Source of the DNA: Alphaproteobacteria bacterium
Lineage (GTDB): Bacteria; Pseudomonadota; Alphaproteobacteria; UBA828
DNA length: 64,000 bases
Assembly: GCA_963667785.2 (NCBI GenBank)
Contig: CAXXMU010000006.1
Span: 896,001 to 960,000 of the forward strand
Direction: 5' to 3'
Both the position numbers and the translations under genes were made by a program. Below, piece after piece: positions 59,230 to 64,000 of the stretch. Below the pieces are notes generated by a model that saw nothing but the letters and a program-made list of their open reading frames with translations, made no database searches and was not told the DNA's origin. Each line of letters begins with the position of its first letter. Positions within the stretch are counted from its first letter, which is position 1.

Positions 59230-59394
59230 CTACTTCTCGCCGGCATCCTTCTCCGGCACGTTGTCGTTGGCGGCGTCGAGCCTCTCCAGCTCCTCGCGCG
59301 CGATGCGCCGGCCGATGAGCCGGGCCAGCGTCAGCACGGCGGTATCGACCCGTGTTTCCGCCTCGCCATTGTCGTTGGCCGCCACGCCGCGCAT
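59230..59394 (-). CDS. Small protein upstream of the serine recombinase
   Basis: AANDN...LARLIGRRIAREE...AANDN; its 3' end supplies the recombinase RBS region. Confidence 0.6.
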   Translation of the reverse strand: MRGVAANDNGEAETRVDTAVLTLARLIGRRIAREELERLDAANDNVPEKDAGEK

Positions 59395-59609
59395 GACGGC
59401 AATCCCCCGATCCTCGCTCTCCGGCATCCCCTCGCGCCTCCCGCAACACTACGCTCCCGGGAGTCCATTTGGCTGCGCGATTCGGCCATGTCAAACCGGA
59501 CATGTAGGGGATTTCCTGCATGGAATCATACACTTGAGTAGCACAGCGGGCGCTAGTGGGCTCATGCGGCGCCTGGAGCATGATCGAAAAGATTCTCCGG
59601 CCACGCGAC

Positions 59610-60011
59610 TCATGACCCTTCCCGATCGAAGAGCGGAATATCCATGGCGCGGGCGACATCGTTCATCCGCCGGTCGTAGCTCGCGAGTTCCACGTACTGG
59701 CCCTGATCGGCCAGATACGCGCACGACGCCAGATGCAGGGCGTCGAGAGTCCGCAGCGGCGCCGGACCCGGAAAGGCATCCAGCGCCCGGGCCAGAACCT
59801 GCGGGCTCAGCTCCAGCAGCGCGATCCGTCCGACAAGCCCGCGCGCTGATTCGCCGTGCGAGTCTGCAAGCCTGCGCGCGTGCAGCGCCGTCCATATCTC
59901 GTATTCGAGGAGCCGGCTGGACACCAGCGTCCCCTCCCAGAAAGAAGCCGGGGGCCGGCGGTCCTCGGTCAGCAGCCAGGCCAGCGCGACGGAGGTGTCG
60001 AGATAGATCAC
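59610..60011 (-). CDS. vapC: PIN-domain toxin (VapC family)
   Basis: IYLDTS, LRTLDALHLAS, SYDRRM. Confidence 0.92.
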   Translation of the reverse strand: MIYLDTSVALAWLLTEDRRPPASFWEGTLVSSRLLEYEIWTALHARRLADSHGESARGLVGRIALLELSPQVLARALDAFPGPAPLRTLDALHLASCAYLADQGQYVELASYDRRMNDVARAMDIPLFDREGS

Positions 60012-60301
60012 CGGTCGCACCGGCTCTCGTCGAGCTCGGTCAGAACCTCGTCCAGAGTGGCGACCGGGGCGGGCCTGGGCGGCGGTCCCGATCCTGCCAG
60101 CGCCGGCGGCGCGAGCACGCCCGACCGCACCGCCTCGGCAAGGAACGCATCGGCGAGGACGGGGCTGCGGCTCTCCCGCAGCGGGCCGAGCTCCGCCACA
60201 ACGCGGTCGCGGTCCGTCACCAGGATGGTCTCGCCCGATGCCGCGAGCCGGACGTACTCGCTTAGCCGGTTGTTCAGCGCCTTGATCCCGACCGATCTCA
60301 T
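60008..60301 (-). CDS. Phd/YefM-type antitoxin
   Basis: MRSVGIKALNNRLSEYVRLAASGETILVTDRDRVVAEL; GTGA overlap with the toxin. Confidence 0.9.
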   Translation of the reverse strand: MRSVGIKALNNRLSEYVRLAASGETILVTDRDRVVAELGPLRESRSPVLADAFLAEAVRSGVLAPPALAGSGPPPRPAPVATLDEVLTELDESRCDR

Positions 60302-60500
60302 GCGCCGAAGGTAGCCACCACGCCCTACCTCGTCAACTGGCGTTGAAGTCCCGCGCGCAGCCAAACGCAGGTCGTAGCCACAGGTGTTGATCGGCATGTA
60401 TCGTTGATGCCCATCTGCTCTCTAAATTCAGCGAGTTAGCATGCTGGTGGGCGTTCAACAGCCTTGCTGAACAATACCCGGCAAACCCAGGCGATTCGGA

Positions 60501-63101
60501 TCAAGAACCAAGTCGTTGTTCAAGGTGCTGGGCGAACGTTCCATTATCGGTTTCAGGGGGAACTTTTGCCAACAAGTTATCGAGATCGCCCGGACCGTAT
60601 GCGGTCAGCTCGTACCTGTCGATGCCGCACCACCTTGCAATCGTCTCGTCGAGTTCGTCGGTGTGCTTCGCTAAAGTCGTCAGCATCATCTCGGCGCCGC
60701 GCTCCGCGTGGGCGTCTCGTGTCTCCGACATTGAAATCAAATCCAGATAAGTCCAAGCGACCATAGAGTGCACGCCGCGCATTCCGGGCTTGATGAGCTC
60801 GGTGCGCATCAGCTTCCGCTCTTTAAATTCAGGCTTTTTCAGAGTAAATCTGCCTTTTCCTGCGGTTCTGTCCTGCACGAAAGACCAAATGACATCGGGA
60901 ATTGTCCCGTTGTCCTGGCCTCCATCGGAAAAAAACAAGTGGTGAATATAGGTTGCCACGTTGGAGAGGTAGCAGGCCATCGGAGAGAGGCGGCGGATCA
61001 CAGTCCCTCTCGCCTCCGTGATATCGATCGACTTGTCGGGCTGGGGTTCCGAGGGCAGTTCTCCATCGTCCGACGGGACTAGTTCCGCAACCTTAACGCC
61101 CTTCCAGACGCCTTCGGGTTCGACCTCTCGTATCTCGAACAGGCGAGGCTGGCCGTGCGTGTCGATTACCCTGAGGAGATCCTTTGCACTGCAGCGCCGC
61201 CAGACCGGCATTGACTCTGAATAGCGGACTTGTGCGGTCAAGGTTCCTGTCTCCGTGGCCTCCGGGCTAATGTCCACCTCCACGGATCGGACGTCGAACC
61301 TTCGGTAGACCGGGACGAAGCTGTCCGTATTGCCCCCCGTTTCGAGCCTCCAAGCCGTTCCTGAGCGAACCGCGCGTCTGTAGTCTTCCTCGCTCTCATA
61401 GGTTCCAACGACGGCGGAAATCTCGGTCTCCCTATTGTCGAACCGAAGGTTTCCGGGGTTTAGGTCGGCGAAATACATTCCCTGCTTGTGGATGCCGTCG
61501 ATCATCCGCGTAAGTTGGCGCAGGCGCAGGGCGCCCATGAGAAGGCGTTTCGGTGCCGGAAGGTTCCGCATTTCGACAAGTTTCTCAAGAAACGTTTCGC
61601 TTTTCTGAGCGGTTTCGCTCTTCGAAACATCATCAGCCCAGATCGGACTCGAACCGAGCCTGCCGGGGACCCTAGTGCCAACCACCAAGCGTGCAAGATC
61701 GTCCTGAATCCCGGAGAACAACTTCATGCGATTGACCGAACCGTCTTCCCCGCGGGACTGCTCGTAGTAGGAATCGCGCTTTCTGGACAGCATGCAGCGG
61801 AAAAGGACGGCGATGATCCCGTCCGACGGGAACTGGCCGTGCACATGGTCCCGGACTTGGTCGAACAACGGTGCCATATCTGCGGAAGTGGATGTCGCGC
61901 CCGATGCTGCCCTGTATCGATCGACGAGGACCTCCACGCTAGCCACGCCGGCGTCGCCGGATCGATCGAAGGGTCGCAGATGGTCGTAGAATCCCTCGGG
62001 TGACTTGCCAACGGTCAGCAAGTCGAACAACAAGGCACCAAGGCCGAAGACATCCGTGCGCAGCGATGGCTTCTTGTAGAACATGACCTGAGTTCTGTCG
62101 TCTTCGAACTCCTTCTTCCGTGCGGCCTTGAGGGTAATTTGGGAGCCTCCGCCGTTCAGGTGCTCCACTCCTATGACCTCATATCCCTTCTGTTCCCCAT
62201 CCTTCGAGAATACGGCAACATCGTTGCCTTCCATCAGCGTGTCGCGGAACTTCATGTCGGCGGTATGGAGAACGAGGCGTTGTCCTCCGTCGGGCACTTC
62301 CACCTTAACCTCGCACACGTCGAAAAAATCCTTCTGCTCGGGGGAGCGATAGTGGCGCGTCCCCGGAGGCAAGGCAGACTCGTAACCCGACGCGTGTCCA
62401 GAAGGCAGCACCTCGAGGAATCCGAAGTCACCGAGCGCGACTTCGACATCGTCACCCTTGCTTCGCAACATGACGTTTGCCGGCTTGATGTCGTGATGAA
62501 ACAGCTTCGCTGCGTGCAAGGCACGAAGGCCCGTGGCGACTTGGCTGACAATTTCGACAATGTGGCCTTCTCGCTCGGCAATGGTGAGATTCCTGAGCAC
62601 CTCGTAGCCCGGAGGCCCTGGCTTGTCGATCGTGCGCCCTTCTACAAGCCGACCGGCCGGAGCGCCTGCCTCCAAAACGTCCTTTAGCGTGCATTCGTAG
62701 TAGGGCATCACCAAGGCTTGATCCGACACCGAGACTCCGAGCTGGGCAAATTTGTCCTTCAGAGATTCGTAAGATTCACTCGAACAGAAATTCTCGGTCC
62801 AAGCAGTAGAGAGGACGAGATTCGACTCCAGTCCTTCGAGTTTGTGGCGACTCAACTCATCGCGGACTCGGACACCAGCGCGCATTTCATAACCGTTCCT
62901 GGCCCCCGAAATGTCTTCCTTCTTCACGGGATAGAACAGCTTGACGGCGCATCTCTGGTTCGCCGGATCTCTCGCCTCGAACACTGAGCCGTAGGACCCG
63001 TCTCCCAGTTTACGAGGGACTCCGTTGCTATCGACGACGAAGCGATACAGCAGTCGCTGGGCTGTATCTTCTTCTGTGGCCTGGGCCTCGAAGCTATACA
63101 T
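60501..63101 (-). CDS. Hanks-type Ser/Thr protein kinase with insertions and a second degenerate kinase-like region
   Basis: LGDGSYGSV, AVKLF, HHDIKPAN, DFG, GTRHYRSPEQ, DVFGLG; second YFADLNPGN. Confidence 0.88.
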   Translation of the reverse strand: MYSFEAQATEEDTAQRLLYRFVVDSNGVPRKLGDGSYGSVFEARDPANQRCAVKLFYPVKKEDISGARNGYEMRAGVRVRDELSRHKLEGLESNLVLSTAWTENFCSSESYESLKDKFAQLGVSVSDQALVMPYYECTLKDVLEAGAPAGRLVEGRTIDKPGPPGYEVLRNLTIAEREGHIVEIVSQVATGLRALHAAKLFHHDIKPANVMLRSKGDDVEVALGDFGFLEVLPSGHASGYESALPPGTRHYRSPEQKDFFDVCEVKVEVPDGGQRLVLHTADMKFRDTLMEGNDVAVFSKDGEQKGYEVIGVEHLNGGGSQITLKAARKKEFEDDRTQVMFYKKPSLRTDVFGLGALLFDLLTVGKSPEGFYDHLRPFDRSGDAGVASVEVLVDRYRAASGATSTSADMAPLFDQVRDHVHGQFPSDGIIAVLFRCMLSRKRDSYYEQSRGEDGSVNRMKLFSGIQDDLARLVVGTRVPGRLGSSPIWADDVSKSETAQKSETFLEKLVEMRNLPAPKRLLMGALRLRQLTRMIDGIHKQGMYFADLNPGNLRFDNRETEISAVVGTYESEEDYRRAVRSGTAWRLETGGNTDSFVPVYRRFDVRSVEVDISPEATETGTLTAQVRYSESMPVWRRCSAKDLLRVIDTHGQPRLFEIREVEPEGVWKGVKVAELVPSDDGELPSEPQPDKSIDITEARGTVIRRLSPMACYLSNVATYIHHLFFSDGGQDNGTIPDVIWSFVQDRTAGKGRFTLKKPEFKERKLMRTELIKPGMRGVHSMVAWTYLDLISMSETRDAHAERGAEMMLTTLAKHTDELDETIARWCGIDRYELTAYGPGDLDNLLAKVPPETDNGTFAQHLEQRLGS

Positions 63102-63909
63102 GGTCGTCTCCTTCCGTACGTTCACGCAGCAGCAAAAAGTGCTGCGGGAACACACCCGGTCGCCGGTCCGTTCCCGTCAATCGCCATGCCGCGTCGTACA
63201 CGTTCCGGTCCACCGTCACTAGAATCGGGTTTGTCGATGCTTCCCCGTTCTCCGACCCCACCGGAGTCGGAGTCCCGAGCGGAATGCGTTTGAAGGACCA
63301 TTTGATGTCGCCTTTCTTGGACGCGGTTTGCCGGTTGCGGCCAAATGAGATCATGTCGTTCAGACCAACGCCCTTCAGCTTCGTTCGGTCTTCACGGTCA
63401 AAGTGGACCCTCTGTCTGCTCCGTCGGGGACCTAGCATTGTGAAATCGACATATTCGACGTCGCCGAACACAATCACCTTTACCCAGGGAGCAATCTCCA
63501 ATTCGGTTTCGCCTTGGCCACCACCCTGCTCGTCGAAGACCAAGTGCGGGTAAAGACGGTACCGCACCGGAGCAAGGTCCAGCCTCACTTCACGTCGTTC
63601 GCCAGGCTCCGTTCCTGAGCGCGCGGCGAGCGCCTCGTCGGATGTCGCGATGACCGTCCCGTTTCGCGGGTCTTCGAGGGTGAGTTGCGGAAGCGAGGGG
63701 AATGTTGAGGGTGCCACCGACGTGCCTGGGGCCGAGTCTGCATCACCGGCCGCGACCTGGATGTAGATCGGGAAGTTCTCGATACGCAAGATGGTCGGGC
63801 TGTTGATATTGACGCTGCCCACAAGACTGCCGACAAGACTCGGATGGATCTGGAACAGACCATTGAGGGCAGTACTCAATAACCAGTTCATCAATTCATT
63901 GCCATTCAT
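63094..63909 (-). CDS. Hypothetical protein (possible FHA-like C-terminus) coupled to the kinase
   Basis: 271-aa ORF overlapping the kinase start by 8 nt; LNDMISFGR weakly resembles an FHA terminal strand. Confidence 0.6.
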   Translation of the reverse strand: MNGNELMNWLLSTALNGLFQIHPSLVGSLVGSVNINSPTILRIENFPIYIQVAAGDADSAPGTSVAPSTFPSLPQLTLEDPRNGTVIATSDEALAARSGTEPGERREVRLDLAPVRYRLYPHLVFDEQGGGQGETELEIAPWVKVIVFGDVEYVDFTMLGPRRSRQRVHFDREDRTKLKGVGLNDMISFGRNRQTASKKGDIKWSFKRIPLGTPTPVGSENGEASTNPILVTVDRNVYDAAWRLTGTDRRPGVFPQHFLLLRERTEGDDHV

Positions 63910-64000
63910 CTTGTGTCAGTCCTCTGAGCGTGTTCAATGTTGTGCATCGGGTTAACCCTAACTCATTTGATTCCTCACTCAACAGGAGAGCCGCGATTGT

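Larger units (their letters stand above)
44289..64000. mobile_element. Composite (nested) genomic island, right end outside the window
   Basis: Three recombinases plus a fragment, AlpA, tRNA remnants, visible GC drop, defence-like cargo. Confidence 0.85.

Noticed and set aside
63950-63959. Palindrome gggttaaccc as an operator for the kinase operon
   Set aside because: A single 10-bp palindrome at the window edge with no supporting regulator
44289-64000. Prophage with a Z-genome
   Set aside because: No capsid, terminase, tail, polymerase (DpoZ) or HD dATPase (DatZ) genes are visible in the window

Overview
High-GC alphaproteobacterial chromosome, inferred from the J-domain-cobS-cobT synteny. 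A marine sponge symbiont is a plausible host, given the Sup-type PKS and a secreted Sel1-repeat protein. Bases 1-44,200 hold core and catabolic genes: P450, RraA, HAD, GMC oxidoreductase, cobST, a ThDP enzyme, GNAT, aminotransferase, a doubled Liv-type ABC transporter, Qor, SDR, deacetylase, amidase, Rieske oxygenase, and an ACP/hydrolase/3453-aa type I PKS cluster. From about 44,290 to the end is a nested genomic island. It has a P4-like integrase with AlpA, a second tyrosine integrase, a tRNA-Met 3' remnant and a frameshifted serine recombinase. Its cargo is defence-like: an adenine MTase with a PD-(D/E)xK partner, a VapBC pair and a tandem kinase. The best candidate for an undescribed system is the low-GC three-gene operon at 47,387-51,633. 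It encodes an exonuclease-DUF429-NMP kinase fusion, a PurZ/PurZ0-like adenylosuccinate synthetase homolog (GSEGKG), and a membrane-anchored dUTPase/dCTP-deaminase-fold protein lacking deaminase residues. This suggests a 2-aminoadenine-type nucleotide-based anti-phage system. All calls come from motif reading by eye; no searches were run.
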